Shown: positions 1 to 11,300 of the stretch, in pieces
Layout: every line of letters starts with the position of its first letter
How positions within the stretch are numbered: the first letter of the stretch is position 1
Assembly: GCA_963800585.1 (NCBI GenBank)
Contig: CAWDBP010000008.1
Coordinates: forward strand, 146,104 to 210,103
Reading direction: 5' to 3'
Source: an uncultured Bacteroidales bacterium
GTDB taxonomy: Bacteria > Bacteroidota > Bacteroidia > Bacteroidales > FEN-979
Length of the DNA stretch: 64,000 nucleotides
The notes under the pieces: generated by a model
Database searches by the model: none
Seen by the model: only the letters and a program-made list of their open reading frames with translations
Told to the model about the DNA's origin: nothing
Translations under genes and position numbers: made by a program

Positions 1-252
1 ATTCTTACTTCCGAAGAATCATTCCGATGGCAATAAAAAATGTTCAAAGAAGGTGCTCATGGCTATATTCGGAAAACTTCAGGTAAAAGTGATCTCAAGA
101 CTGCCATTGAAATGGCAATGCGGAATGAAATATACTTTCCTTCGGATCTTAAACAATTCATTACGAACAAGGATCAACTTTTCTTTAAAATTTTAATCCG
201 TGCACGGATTAATTTTTTCCATTTTCTTAAATACACAAAATCAATCTTTTGA
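1..252 (+). pseudogene. 3' part of a NarL-type receiver (REC) domain response regulator with an in-frame TAA at 34-36; 5' end lies outside the window
   Basis: Frame 1 reads ILTSEESFRWQ*KMFKEGAHGYIRKTSGKSDLKTAIEMAMRNEIYFP, matching the REC beta4-alpha4-beta5-alpha5 pattern (ILT..., GA.GY+.K). No HTH follows. Confidence 0.5.
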
Positions 253-381
253 GTTCTTCAAACCCGTAAGGTTTTCTGTATAATCAATATCAGAAAACAT
301 CCTTTGATTCCTTACCCGGAATAGCAGAAATTCGTTTGCAATTAAACCTCAATTTAATTTCAAACTTTAAAACTCATTCCT

Positions 382-774
382 ATGAAAACATTGAATCTTC
401 TGGTAATCCTTTTTCTGTTTATTTACGGTTCTGGATCAGTTGCAGGTCAGCGCCAGTCCATTCCTGATTATCCAATTCCTTCCACAAATATTGTGGTATA
501 TGGATTAGCAGATTTTGCAAACCAACCTTCTATTTTGCCTAAAGTCATAGAGGAAAAAAGACAAGTTCATATCCATTTGACCTCAGTTGAACAAGATCAA
601 CCTGATTGTCAAGCAATGGTATGGGTGTATTCGCTCGATGGGCTTACAGTTTTGGGGCCTTTTACGGCCGTTTGTGGACTAACTCTTGATGTAGATATTG
701 ATAATAGAGACTGGGGTGTATTGGTGGATTCCGATATAAAAGTAATTGTGGATGTCTGGTTTACAGAGGAGTAG
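382..774 (+). CDS. Hypothetical exported protein (130 aa)
   Basis: MKT-hydrophobic signal peptide, two Cys, beta-rich C-terminal part. Confidence 0.65.
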   Translation: MKTLNLLVILFLFIYGSGSVAGQRQSIPDYPIPSTNIVVYGLADFANQPSILPKVIEEKRQVHIHLTSVEQDQPDCQAMVWVYSLDGLTVLGPFTAVCGLTLDVDIDNRDWGVLVDSDIKVIVDVWFTEE

Positions 775-781
775 AAATTCT

Positions 782-1501
782 TTAAATATTGAAGTTCCTT
801 CTCGTCCTCAATATCACATGAAGGATTGACCAAAAGAAAAGCAACTGACCTAATGCGTAACTAACCCAGTTGAATGTATCCGGCTTAAATCCGGCAGCAT
901 ATTCAAGTATTGATCTGTTTTGGTGGTAATGGATCAATTCGGAAACAGAGAACCTGTCAAGCATATAACTCATATAAGGCCGTGTGTAAACAAAGATCAT
1001 GATAAGGGATCCTGTTATTAGCAAAAACCACTCGAAGAAGGTCAACCGAAAAGTGTTATCCTTTGTTCTGTAATAAAGGATGATCACTGCCAGCAGGATC
1101 ATAGTGAGTGAATTGATCACCGGGGCCATCACAGGTCCGACCCAGGTTACCGGGATGAGGAATAACAGGTCCCATGTGAAAAAAGAAGATGGCCATCCGA
1201 TCAGGAGAACCAGGTAGAAATAGTATAAGATATCCCAGATGGCAAAGGCATAAATAAAAACTGCAAAACGGGTGATCAGACTTTTGGTTGCGATTACAGC
1301 TATAGTTATGAGCATGACCATTGTTGCTGCTTCCCTGAAGATTTCTGTGACAAGGATGGTCTGATTCATAACCTTCAAAGGGAACATGAATCCTTCAGGA
1401 TAATAAAGTGCACGTAAATATACCACCACTGCGCTTTCGGGAAAAGCCATCGCAGCAGCAAAAATACCTGTCCAGAGAAGAATGTATGCCGGTTTGTTCA
1501 T
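782..1501 (-). CDS. Conserved hypothetical polytopic membrane protein (probable start MNKPAY at 1501)
   Basis: Multiple hydrophobic helices; motifs ESAVVVYLR, E..REAAT, WDILYY, WDLLFLIP..W.GPV. Confidence 0.75.
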   Translation of the reverse strand: MNKPAYILLWTGIFAAAMAFPESAVVVYLRALYYPEGFMFPLKVMNQTILVTEIFREAATMVMLITIAVIATKSLITRFAVFIYAFAIWDILYYFYLVLLIGWPSSFFTWDLLFLIPVTWVGPVMAPVINSLTMILLAVIILYYRTKDNTFRLTFFEWFLLITGSLIMIFVYTRPYMSYMLDRFSVSELIHYHQNRSILEYAAGFKPDTFNWVSYALGQLLFFWSILHVILRTRRNFNI

Positions 1502-1624
1502 GGAAAGGTTATTTCTGAGGATAAAAATAATACTTTTTTTCACCGCTGAATGAAGCAATGACGCAAAGGTCGCAAAAAGATTCCTCATAATTCCCGATTC
1601 AATCTCCAAACTCATTAATAAAAT

Positions 1625-1663
1625 TACTCTGTCACTCTGTCACTTTGTTACTTTGTCACTCTT
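1625..1663. repeat. Degenerate 8-bp tandem repeat (GTCACTYT-like, about 5 units)
   Basis: ttactct gtcactct gtcacttt gttacttt gtcactct. Confidence 0.75.
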
Positions 1664-1683
1664 CTAAAAAGTTATTCGCATTA

Positions 1684-1715
1684 TTTGTTTAATCAAAAAT
1701 TTAGTTCTATTTTTG
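1684..1715 (+). promoter_or_regulatory. Bacteroidetes primary-sigma promoter of the rplM operon
   Basis: TTTG (1684-1687), 20 bp, TATTTTTG (1708-1715): fits the -33/-7 consensus. Confidence 0.75.
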
Positions 1716-1767
1716 CACCCCTTTTTGATGGGAATAGTATTAATGATATAGCAACCAGTAGAAATTC

Positions 1768-2223
1768 ATGAATACGTTAAGTTACAAAACAATAAGTGCC
1801 AACGCAGCAACGGTAAATAAAGAGTGGGTACTTATTGACGCAGAAAACCAGGTACTTGGGCGATTATCGACCAAGGCAGCACGATTGCTCAGGGGCAAGC
1901 TGAAAACCAATTATACACCACACGTTGACTGTGGCGACAATGTGATCATCATCAATGCCGAAAAGGTTATCCTCACAGGTAAAAAGATGACGGATAAAGA
2001 ATATGTCCACCATACGGGTTATCCCGGAGGACAGCGCTTCGCATCACCAAAGGAACTGCTGGCGAAGAAGCCCACTGCCGTTGTGGAAAAAGCCATTAAG
2101 GGAATGCTTCCTAAAAATCGTTTAGGCAGTGAATTGTTTCGTAACCTCTATGTTTATGCAGGTCCGGAACATCCACATCAGGCTCAGCAACCCAAAGTAA
2201 TCAATTTAAATTCAATCAGATAA
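1768..2223 (+). CDS. rplM: 50S ribosomal protein L13
   Basis: WVLIDA..VLGRL, YTPHVDCGD, HTGYPGG. Confidence 0.99.
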   Translation: MNTLSYKTISANAATVNKEWVLIDAENQVLGRLSTKAARLLRGKLKTNYTPHVDCGDNVIIINAEKVILTGKKMTDKEYVHHTGYPGGQRFASPKELLAKKPTAVVEKAIKGMLPKNRLGSELFRNLYVYAGPEHPHQAQQPKVINLNSIR

Positions 2224-2224
2224 T

Positions 2225-2611
2225 ATGGAAGTTATCATGACTCTCGGCAGAAGAAAAACTGCCGTCGCGAGGATTTATTTAAAAGAAGGTGAAGGAAAGA
2301 TTACGGTCAACGATCGTGATTATAAAGAATATTTTCCAACGGTAATTTTACAGTACCAGGTTGTTGAACCCTTCAATGTTACAAACACTTTTGGAAAATA
2401 CGATGTCAAGGTCAACCTCGATGGCGGTGGAATTACCGGACAGGCAGAGGCCCTCAGTCTTGCCATTTCCCGTGCTCTCTGCAAGATCAGCGAAGAAAAC
2501 CGGCCCGCACTGAAAGCAAAAGGATTGATGAGACGGGATCCGCGTATGGTCGAACGGAAAAAGTTCGGTCAGAAGAAAGCAAGGAAAAGATTCCAATTTA
2601 GCAAACGTTAA
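2225..2611 (+). CDS. rpsI: 30S ribosomal protein S9
   Basis: GRRKTAVAR, GGGITGQA, C-terminal QFSKR. Confidence 0.99.
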   Translation: MEVIMTLGRRKTAVARIYLKEGEGKITVNDRDYKEYFPTVILQYQVVEPFNVTNTFGKYDVKVNLDGGGITGQAEALSLAISRALCKISEENRPALKAKGLMRRDPRMVERKKFGQKKARKRFQFSKR

Positions 2612-2629
2612 AATTATAGTAAAGAAATT

Positions 2630-3571
2630 ATGTCAAGAATCACTTTTGATGAATTATTAGATGCTGGTGTTCATTTTGGTCACCTTAAGAGAAAATGGAA
2701 CCCGAGCATGGCTCCCTATATTTTCATGGAACGTAATGGGATCCATATTATTGATCTCTACAAGACCATGGCTAAGATGGACGAAGCAGCTTCTGCACTC
2801 AAACAAATCTCAAAATCAGGGAAACGCATTTTATTCGTCGCTACAAAGAAACAGGCAAAGGAAATTGTTGCAGAACATGTAAAGAGAGTCAATATGCCTT
2901 ATGTAACAGAGCGGTGGCCTGGTGGAATGCTTACCAACTTTGCTACTATCCGTAAGGCAGTCAGGAAAATGGCTTCCATTGATAAATTAATGAGCAGCCC
3001 ATCCTATAACAATCTTTCAAAAAAGGAACGGTTGACTATTACCCGTGAAAGGGCAAAACTTGAGAAGAACCTTGGAAGTATTGCCGATCTGAACCGACTT
3101 CCCGCAGCTGTGTTCGTAGTGGATATTCTGAAGGAACACATTGCAGTTGCAGAAGCAAAGAAATTGAACATTCCTACATTTGCTATCGTCGATACAAATT
3201 CTGACCCACGCCAGGTGGATTTCGCAATCCCGGCAAATGATGATGCTTCCAAATCCATTTCCCTTATTATCGGAACCATGGTGAATGCCATTGAGGAAGG
3301 CCTTGTTGAACGTAAACTCGACCGGGATAAAAAAGCTGCCGATGAAGAACATGAAGGTAAAATTGAAGGGACAGAAGAAGAATTCGGGACACGTACAGGT
3401 ATCGACGTTCTGGATCTGGATGAAGAAGAAGAAGGGATAAAGATTTCGAAGAAAGATTTTGTCGAAACCAAAGTCGCCAAGCTGAAGACAAGTTCGGATG
3501 AGGAAAAGGAAAAATCAAAACCTCCCCGTAAGCGAATCAGCAAACCCGCTGGAAAATCGAGTAAAAAGTGA
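2630..3571 (+). CDS. rpsB: 30S ribosomal protein S2 with a charged C-terminal extension
   Basis: AGVHFGH, RWPGGMLTN, DTNSDP, PANDD. Confidence 0.99.
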   Translation: MSRITFDELLDAGVHFGHLKRKWNPSMAPYIFMERNGIHIIDLYKTMAKMDEAASALKQISKSGKRILFVATKKQAKEIVAEHVKRVNMPYVTERWPGGMLTNFATIRKAVRKMASIDKLMSSPSYNNLSKKERLTITRERAKLEKNLGSIADLNRLPAAVFVVDILKEHIAVAEAKKLNIPTFAIVDTNSDPRQVDFAIPANDDASKSISLIIGTMVNAIEEGLVERKLDRDKKAADEEHEGKIEGTEEEFGTRTGIDVLDLDEEEEGIKISKKDFVETKVAKLKTSSDEEKEKSKPPRKRISKPAGKSSKK

Positions 3572-3629
3572 GACCTCTGATCTCCGACCTCCGATTAATT
3601 AATCCATAAAACTCAACACATACCATTAT

Positions 3630-4466
3630 ATGATAAATATAACTGCTGCCGACGTTAATAAATTACGTCAAATGTCCGGCGCCGGGATGATGGATTGCAA
3701 AAAGGCGCTTCAGGAAACAGAAGGCGATTTTGATAAAGCAATTGATTACCTTCGGAAAAAAGGACAAAAAGTTGCTGCAAAAAGAGCAGACCGCGATGCC
3801 AATGAGGGCATCGTTATCTCAAAAACCAATGAGGATCATACCTATGCAGGAATGATCATGGTAAACTGCGAAACAGATTTCGTAGGTAAAACTGACGATT
3901 TTAGAAAATTCGCTAAGGACCTGCTCGACATCTGCATCAGTCATCGTCCATCCGGCCTTGAGGCCATTCCGGCATTGAAACTACATGAGATGACTGTGGA
4001 GGAAAAACTGAATGAGATGCTGGGAAAAACAGGTGAAAAAATCCAGATTGCTCATTATGAATTCCTGGAAGCTCCTTTTGTTTCTTCATATAACCATCAT
4101 GGAAACAGGCTTGCGACCCTTCTCGGACTTAATAAAAAAGATGCAAAGAAAACAGCTGAAATTGCACATGAATTAGCCATGCAGGTAGCAGCCATGAATC
4201 CAATTGCCATAGACAAAGAGGATGTTTCGCAGGAAATTATTGACCGCGAAGTTGAAATCGGGAAGGAACAAGCCCGGCAGGAAGGAAAGCCGGAAGAAAT
4301 GCTTGAGAAGATCGCTACCGGGAAACTGGGGAAATTCTTCAAAGACAGTACCTTATTAAACCAGGATTTTGTGAGAGATACCAAAAAGACAGTTCGTCAA
4401 TACCTGGCTGACAATGATAAAGATCTCCGCGTTACCGGCTTCAAAAGACTGATGCTCGGAGTATAA
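3630..4466 (+). CDS. tsf: Elongation factor Ts
   Basis: LRQMSGAGMMDCKKAL, NCETDFV. Confidence 0.99.
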   Translation: MINITAADVNKLRQMSGAGMMDCKKALQETEGDFDKAIDYLRKKGQKVAAKRADRDANEGIVISKTNEDHTYAGMIMVNCETDFVGKTDDFRKFAKDLLDICISHRPSGLEAIPALKLHEMTVEEKLNEMLGKTGEKIQIAHYEFLEAPFVSSYNHHGNRLATLLGLNKKDAKKTAEIAHELAMQVAAMNPIAIDKEDVSQEIIDREVEIGKEQARQEGKPEEMLEKIATGKLGKFFKDSTLLNQDFVRDTKKTVRQYLADNDKDLRVTGFKRLMLGV

Positions 4467-4486
4467 TATTAATCTGATTGATTTTT

Positions 4487-4527
4487 AAGGGATTGTCGGT
4501 TTTTCAGATGATCCCTTTTTTCTTTTT
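4487..4527 (+). terminator. Intrinsic terminator after tsf
   Basis: AAGGGATTGTC...GATGATCCCTT stem (G:U pairs) followed by a T tract. Confidence 0.7.
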
Positions 4528-4543
4528 AAGAACCCGGGTACTC

Positions 4544-5236
4544 ATGAAAGAGAAAAAACAGATTCAAAAGATGTTCAACGATATTTCAGGCCGTTATGAC
4601 TTTCTGAATCATTTTCTTTCGCTTGGCATTGATTTCAGGTGGAGAAGAAAATTAGTAAACAGGCTTTCCCACTTCCATCCGAAAAGTATTCTGGATGTTG
4701 CAACAGGCACTGGTGACCTTGCCCTGCTTATATGCGACCTGGAACCTGAAAAGATTACAGGGATTGATATAGCCGCAGACATGCTCGCAATAGCAAAACA
4801 GAAGGTTGTACAAAAGCATTTGCAGGAACTACTAATATTTCAGGAAGGTGATGCCGAAGATCTTCCGTTTCCGGAAGAATCTTTCGATGCAGTTACGGTG
4901 GCATTCGGTGTCAGGAATTTTGAAAATCTTGAAAGAGGATTGTCAGAAATGAAACGGGTGATGAGAACAGGAGGGGTGATGATGATCCTCGAATTCTCAC
5001 ATCCAGTCGCTTCCCCATGGAAACAATTGTATGGGGTCTATGCTAAATATATGATTCCTTTCATTGGGAAAATGGTTTCCGGAAACCAACAAGCTTATTC
5101 TTACCTGCCCGAATCTGTTTCCGGCTTTCCATCCGGGGAAGATTTTATTAATATCATGATAAAGACCGGAATGAAAAATACTACCTGGAGTCCCCTTACA
5201 TTTGGCATAGCTACTATATACACAGGGGTAAAATAA
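4544..5236 (+). CDS. menG: Demethylmenaquinone methyltransferase (UbiE/MenG); start placed at ATG 4544
   Basis: MFNDISGRYDFLNHFLSLG, LDVATGTGD, AFGVRN, ILEFS, YSYLPES. Confidence 0.93.
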   Translation: MKEKKQIQKMFNDISGRYDFLNHFLSLGIDFRWRRKLVNRLSHFHPKSILDVATGTGDLALLICDLEPEKITGIDIAADMLAIAKQKVVQKHLQELLIFQEGDAEDLPFPEESFDAVTVAFGVRNFENLERGLSEMKRVMRTGGVMMILEFSHPVASPWKQLYGVYAKYMIPFIGKMVSGNQQAYSYLPESVSGFPSGEDFINIMIKTGMKNTTWSPLTFGIATIYTGVK

Positions 5237-5322
5237 ACATAACCCTTACAAGCGTTAATCCTTTAAATAAAATAAAAGTTCAGTTGACCCGTTAATATAA
5301 CTCACTAAACCACTCCCGATTA

Positions 5323-6117
5323 TTGAAACCTGTCCGGATTATCATCGTATTCCTTTTACTTTTTTACCTTTTTTTGCCGGGGAAAGGATATGGACAGGCC
5401 GGACAGAAGGAATGGGTTCTGAACAATCCAACCTATGATTCGGATTATAAATTTCATTTTGGATTCGTTTTAGGTGCCAATTTGAGTTATGTCACAATAC
5501 GTCCGATTAAAGACCTGACAACCCACAACTTCGATTCGTTATATATTCCTGATATCCTGCCGTTGCCTGATTCGGCCAAGATCTTATCGATCACTTCAAC
5601 TGCTGAACTTGGTTTTGTTATCAGTATCGTCAGCGATATGAAAATGGGTAATAATTTTAACCTTCGCTTTATCCCGTCTCTTTCCTTTGGTGATCGCCAA
5701 CTCCTTTATACAATCAGGATTTACAAGAATGAGAGTGAATCTGTTATAACCAAAACAAAGGATGTTCCGTCAACCTATGTGAATTTTCCAATCGAGGTCA
5801 AATTTAAATCCGACCGTTACAATAACTTCAGGGCGTACCTGATGGGAGGTGCTCAGTATACCCTCGACCTGGCTTCACAGGCAAAGAAAAGGGAGCAACG
5901 TAATGCAGACCAGAAGATTGTTAAATTCAACGAAAATGATGTTTATCTGGAAACCGGCGTGGGCTTCGATTTTTACAATGAATGGTTTAAACTGGGTTTA
6001 GAATTAAAGATGATGTATGGGCTGTTCGATCAACTGAAAAGGGAAAACAACCTTTATACAAACAGCATTCAAAGTTTAAAATCAAAAATCTTCCAGCTCT
6101 CTGTCTCATTTGAATAA
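5323..6117 (+). CDS. porT: PorT/SprT-family T9SS outer-membrane beta-barrel
   Basis: Signal peptide; HFGF.LG.N, FNLRFIPSLSFGDR, P+E+KFKSDR.NN; terminal FE; follows ubiE/menG as usual in Bacteroidota. Confidence 0.85.
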   Translation: MKPVRIIIVFLLLFYLFLPGKGYGQAGQKEWVLNNPTYDSDYKFHFGFVLGANLSYVTIRPIKDLTTHNFDSLYIPDILPLPDSAKILSITSTAELGFVISIVSDMKMGNNFNLRFIPSLSFGDRQLLYTIRIYKNESESVITKTKDVPSTYVNFPIEVKFKSDRYNNFRAYLMGGAQYTLDLASQAKKREQRNADQKIVKFNENDVYLETGVGFDFYNEWFKLGLELKMMYGLFDQLKRENNLYTNSIQSLKSKIFQLSVSFE

Positions 6118-6147
6118 TTTACGATTTATTTGAGTGAGCAAACAGTT

Positions 6148-6206
6148 AATCGTAAATCTCCAATCGTCCAATTCAATCGTAAATCTACAATCGTCCAATC
6201 GTAAAT
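6148..6206. repeat. Degenerate 7-bp tandem repeat (AATCGTM-like)
   Basis: aatcgta aatctcc aatcgtc c...aatcgta aatctac aatcgtc caatcgta aat. Confidence 0.75.
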
Positions 6207-6236
6207 TTTGTTTATGTTTGCGGTAGAAATGTTTTC

Positions 6237-6722
6237 ATGATGAAAAAGATCGCTGTTTTTCCGGGATCCTTTGACCCCATTACCCGTGGGCATGAATCGA
6301 TCATACGGAGGGCACTTCCCGTATTCGATGAAATAATAATTGCATTGGGAGAGAATGCTGAAAAGAAATCCTATTTCCCCCTGGATGACCGTTTAAAATG
6401 GCTAAAGCAGGTATTTAGTGATGAACCGAGGATCAAGGTTATAAAATATTCAGGGCTTACCGTCGATTTTTGCAGGAAGATAAAAGCAGGATATATCCTC
6501 CGTGGGTTGAGAACCTCAGCCGATTTTGAATTTGAACGGACTATCGGGCTTATGAACAAAGCCATTTCCCCGGCAATCGAAACGGTATTTCTTCTAAGTA
6601 CACCTGAATATGCAGCCCTGAGTTCATCGGTGATCAGGGATATTCTGAAGAATGGAGGTGATGTCACCAAGTTTGTCCCCGATAAAATTGCAAAGGAAAT
6701 ACATGAGGCAGGAAATTTATAG
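6237..6722 (+). CDS. coaD: Pantetheine-phosphate adenylyltransferase
   Basis: PGSFDPIT.GH, RGLR..DFEFE, SSS; TATGTTTG promoter box at 6213-6220. Confidence 0.97.
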   Translation: MMKKIAVFPGSFDPITRGHESIIRRALPVFDEIIIALGENAEKKSYFPLDDRLKWLKQVFSDEPRIKVIKYSGLTVDFCRKIKAGYILRGLRTSADFEFERTIGLMNKAISPAIETVFLLSTPEYAALSSSVIRDILKNGGDVTKFVPDKIAKEIHEAGNL

Positions 6723-6860
6723 AGTCAAAGAGTTACAGAGTATTAAACATTAACATACATTACCTTATAAAATTTTCATTTTCAATTACAATTTACCAAA
6801 TACCCAAAACCTAATACCCAATACCCATTATCAATTATCAATTGTCAATTATCAATTATT
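6721..6860. repeat. Patchwork of different degenerate 7/8-bp tandem repeats
   Basis: agagtcaa/agagttac; aataccc x3-4; attatca/attgtca x4. Confidence 0.7.
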
Positions 6861-6861
6861 A

Positions 6862-8253
6862 ATGAAGCCCATCCTGTCATTTATCCTATTTGTATTTCCT
6901 TTTCTGCTGTTTCCTCAAGCTGTAAAAATAACCGGAATGGCGCCAGGCGCTGAAGGAAGGAAGATTGAGGTGATCACTTCTGCTGATTTGCTGACCGGTT
7001 TGGAGAAGACAGTTGCACAGGCTACTATTGATTCTACTGCTTCTTTTACCCTTTTCGTGAATACTGATAAGACAATTTCTGTCTTCCTGTGTATCGATTT
7101 TCACCGTGGTGAACTATTTCTTGAACCAGGCAAATTATATACACTGGCAATAGCTCCTCTGAATTACAACGAGATTCAGGAAATAAACCCATTTGAAGAA
7201 TCGCAAAGCCTTGAAATAACTTTACAGGGAAGCAAACCTGATGATTTAAACACATTGATCCAGTCATTCAATACTGATTACAATAAATTCGTACTCGATA
7301 ATTTCAACTATTTATACCGGGAAAAGGACAAAGCAAGGCTGGATACTTTCCGCGTTCAAATGATGAGGAAATTCCCGGATGTAAAAAAGTCCTATTTCAC
7401 CGACTATGTAAAATACAAGCTTGGTTCACTTGAACAGGTAGCCAACGTGATGGGCAAATCTCCTATGGTGCAAAAATATTTTTCCACTTCTCCCATTCTC
7501 TATGACAATGTCGAGTACATGGATTTTTTCAGAGAATTCTTTTCGAAATACATAACCACGACTTCGAGGCCGTTGAAATTTCTCAATTATACGGGGATGT
7601 TGAATGGACCAGGCAGTTACCCGGCCCTTATGAAGGCGCTGGAAGCCGATACCCTCTTGCGAAAACCCCAGTTACGTGAACTGGTATTACTCAGGGGCCT
7701 GATGGAAATGTATGACGATCCGTTGTATAAGCAGGAAAGCATTCAAAATGCACTGGCTTCAATTGCAAAGGATAGTAAGTTCGCAGAAAACAGGTTGATT
7801 GCGGAAGATTTAATTAAATATCTGACAAGGCTGAGACACGGAAGTGAGGCCCCCGGGTTTACACTTCAGGACAGGAACCATAAAAATGTTTCACTTAAAA
7901 ATCTCAAAGGAAAACCTGTTCTGATTGGTTTCTGGACCACTTATTGCCAATCATGTCTTAGTGAGATGGAGTCACTGAAACCACTTTATGATAAATACCA
8001 TGACCGCATGGCTTTTGTCAGTATATCTGCAGATAAGGAATTCCTGAAAATGAATTATTTTCTTAACCTTAAAAAAGATTTTACCTGGACATTCCTCCAT
8101 TTAGGAAGTGATATTGAGTTGTTGCGCGATTATGATGTACGTTCGTTCCCTTTGTTTGTCCTGATAGACAGCCAGGGAAAAATAGTGAAATACCCGGCCG
8201 AAATGCCTGACAGCGGACTCGAGTCATCGCTTGAGCGGCTCCTGAATCCTTAA
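6862..8253 (+). CDS. Exported TlpA-family thiol-disulfide oxidoreductase with a long N-terminal domain
   Basis: Signal peptide; C-terminal AP.FTL.D...GKPVLIGFWTTYCQSC, Y.V..FP.FVLID..GKI. Confidence 0.85.
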   Translation: MKPILSFILFVFPFLLFPQAVKITGMAPGAEGRKIEVITSADLLTGLEKTVAQATIDSTASFTLFVNTDKTISVFLCIDFHRGELFLEPGKLYTLAIAPLNYNEIQEINPFEESQSLEITLQGSKPDDLNTLIQSFNTDYNKFVLDNFNYLYREKDKARLDTFRVQMMRKFPDVKKSYFTDYVKYKLGSLEQVANVMGKSPMVQKYFSTSPILYDNVEYMDFFREFFSKYITTTSRPLKFLNYTGMLNGPGSYPALMKALEADTLLRKPQLRELVLLRGLMEMYDDPLYKQESIQNALASIAKDSKFAENRLIAEDLIKYLTRLRHGSEAPGFTLQDRNHKNVSLKNLKGKPVLIGFWTTYCQSCLSEMESLKPLYDKYHDRMAFVSISADKEFLKMNYFLNLKKDFTWTFLHLGSDIELLRDYDVRSFPLFVLIDSQGKIVKYPAEMPDSGLESSLERLLNP

Positions 8254-8331
8254 AATTCAAAATCTGAAAAGCGGATCACTGGATTTTGCTTACTTTTGTT
8301 CAGCATTTGTTGATATACCAATTAATTTATT

Positions 8332-11300
8332 ATGGATTTTTTTAAACAATTTCTGGGAAACAAATCTCAAAGAGATATTAAGGAGATTATGCCTTATATC
8401 CACTCTGCCCTGGGATTTTACGAGGAAATAAAAAACCTGAGCAACGACGAGCTCAGGGCCAAAACCATAGAGTTTAAGCAAAAGATCGCTGACCATATTT
8501 CAGCAAAAGAGAAAGAGATTGAAGATCTTAAGATACAGCTCAACTCTGACGAAATCGAGATTGACGAAAAAGAAAAGTTATACTCCCAACTTGATAAACT
8601 TGAAAAGGAAAGTTATGAACTGACCCAGGAAATATTAAATGAAATTCTGCCCGAAGCCTTTGCTGTGATGAAAGATACGGCGAGGAGGTTTGTTGAGAAT
8701 GAATATGTGGAGGTTACTGCTACTCAGATGGACCGTGATTTTGCTGCCGTAAAAGCCAATGTTGTGATTGAAGGAGATAAGGCAAGGTACAAAACAAGCT
8801 GGATTGCAGGTGGAAATATGATCCGGTGGGACATGATTCACTATGATGTTCAGCTGATCGGTGCTGTGGTACTTCACCAGGGAAAGATCGCAGAGATGGC
8901 TACCGGTGAAGGAAAAACCCTTGTGGCTACACTTCCGGTATACCTGAATGCACTTCCTGGAAAAGGAGTTCATATCGTCACTGTAAATGATTACCTCGCA
9001 AAACGAGATTCGGAATGGATGGGGGTTCTTTATGAGTTTCACGGACTGAAAGTGGACTGTATAGACAAGCATGAGCCGAATTCTGATGCCCGCAGGAATG
9101 CTTATAACGCCGATATAACTTTTGGAACAAACAATGAATTTGGCTTTGATTATCTGCGTGATAATATGACCAGCAATCCCGAGGAAATGGTTCAGCGGGT
9201 GCACAACTATACAATTGTTGATGAGGTTGATTCTGTTTTAATTGATGATGCCAGGACTCCGCTTATTATTTCAGGCCCTACGCCACAAGGAGAAAACCAG
9301 GCTTTTGAGGAATTGAAGCCCAATGTGGTAAAGTTATACAATGCACAAAGGAACCTGGTCACAAAATTCCTTGCCGATGCAAAATCGCTGAGTGAGGATG
9401 AGAATAACAACGAGAATATGAAAAAAGCGGGCGAACAAGTGCTCCGCGCTTTTCATGGACTTCCGAAAACAAAAGCACTGATAAAATTTCTTAGTGAGCC
9501 AGGCATGAAGGCACTTCTTCTGAAGACAGAGAATTTCTTCATGCAGGAACAATCAAAAAACATGCATATCATCGATGATGAACTTTATTTTGTAATCGAT
9601 GAAAAAAACAACACTATAGAGCTGACAGACAAAGGGATCGACCTGCTGACTGAATCTTATGATGATCCCACATTCTATATTCTGCCGGATATCGGTAACG
9701 AATTAGCCGAACTTGAGCATTCAAACCTCCTTGAATCTGAAAAACTGGAAAAAAAGAACCAGATGATGATTGATTATTCGATCAAATCAGAACGGGTTCA
9801 CACCGTAAACCAGTTATTAAAGGCCTATGCCTTGTTTGAAAAGGATGTGGAATACGTCATCATGGACAACAAAATCAAGATTGTCGATGAACAGACCGGT
9901 CGTATCCTTGAAGGAAGAAGGTATTCTGAAGGGCTTCACCAGGCTCTTGAAGCAAAAGAAAGTGTAAAGGTTGAAGCTGCTACCCAGACTTATGCCACAA
10001 TCACCCTGCAGAATTATTTCAGGATGTACAAAAAACTGTCCGGGATGACCGGTACTGCAGAAACGGAAGCTGGTGAATTTTGGGATATTTATAAACTGGA
10101 TGTCGTAGTTATCCCTACCAACAGAAAGGTAATCAGGGATGACCGCCAGGATCTTGTATATAAAACAAAACGGGAAAAATTTAATGCCGTCATCAAGGAG
10201 ATCGAGCACCTGATTTCCATTGGAAGGCCCAGCCTGGTAGGAACGACTTCTGTTGAGACCTCAGAATTATTGAGCCGTATGCTAAAACGGCAGAACATTA
10301 AGCACAATGTGTTGAATGCAAAGCTGCACCAAAAGGAAGCCGATATTGTATTAGAGGCAGGTATTGCAGGTACCGTGACCATCGCCACAAACATGGCAGG
10401 ACGTGGAACCGATATCAAGTTGGGTAAAGGGGTTGTGGAGGCTGGTGGGCTTGCCATCATAGGCACAGAAAGGCATGAGTCACGACGTGTTGACCGGCAG
10501 TTACGTGGTCGTGCAGGACGGCAGGGAGACCCGGGAAGTTCTCAGTTCTTCGTTTGTCTCGAAGATGACCTGATGCGTATGTTTGGTTCCGACCGGATTG
10601 CCAAGATCATGGACCGGATGGGAATCAAGGAAGGAGAGGTTATCCAGCATTCCATGATTACGAAATCGATCGAACGGGCACAAAGGAAAGTCGAGGAAAA
10701 CAACTTTGGCATCAGGAAAAGACTTCTTGAATATGATGATGTCATGAACATCCAGCGGGATGCCATCTATAAAAAGCGCCACCATGCCCTGTTCGGTGAA
10801 CGACTTGCTGTGGATATCAGCAATATGATTTACGATGTTTGCGAAACGACAGTTATCGATTACCAGGAAACAAATGATGTTGAAGGCTTCAAACTTGAAC
10901 TCCTGCGCGAATTTGCTACGGATTCCCCATTCGGGGAAGATGATTTTCAATCGAAAAGCACTTCAGATCTGGCAGACAAGCTTTATGAGCACGTTTACAA
11001 GCGTTACAAAGAAAAGAACGATTCAATCGCAAAGAAGACATTCCCTGTCATTAAGCAGGTTTTTGAGAATGAAACGCAATATGAAAATATTGCCATTCCC
11101 GTTACGGATGGAATAAAAACCCTGCAGGTCATCACAAACATCCGCAAAGCGCTCGAAGATAAGGGGAAAGAAGTGCCATTATCCATTGAAAAGGGAATTG
11201 TCCTGGGCATGATAGATAATGCCTGGAAGGAACACCTGAGGGAAATGGATGACCTGAAACAGTCGGTCCAGAATGCAGCGTATGAACAAAAAGATCCCCT

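Noticed and set aside
3330-3571. Long charged C-terminal tail of RpsB
   Set aside because: Variable low-complexity S2 tails are common in Bacteroidota
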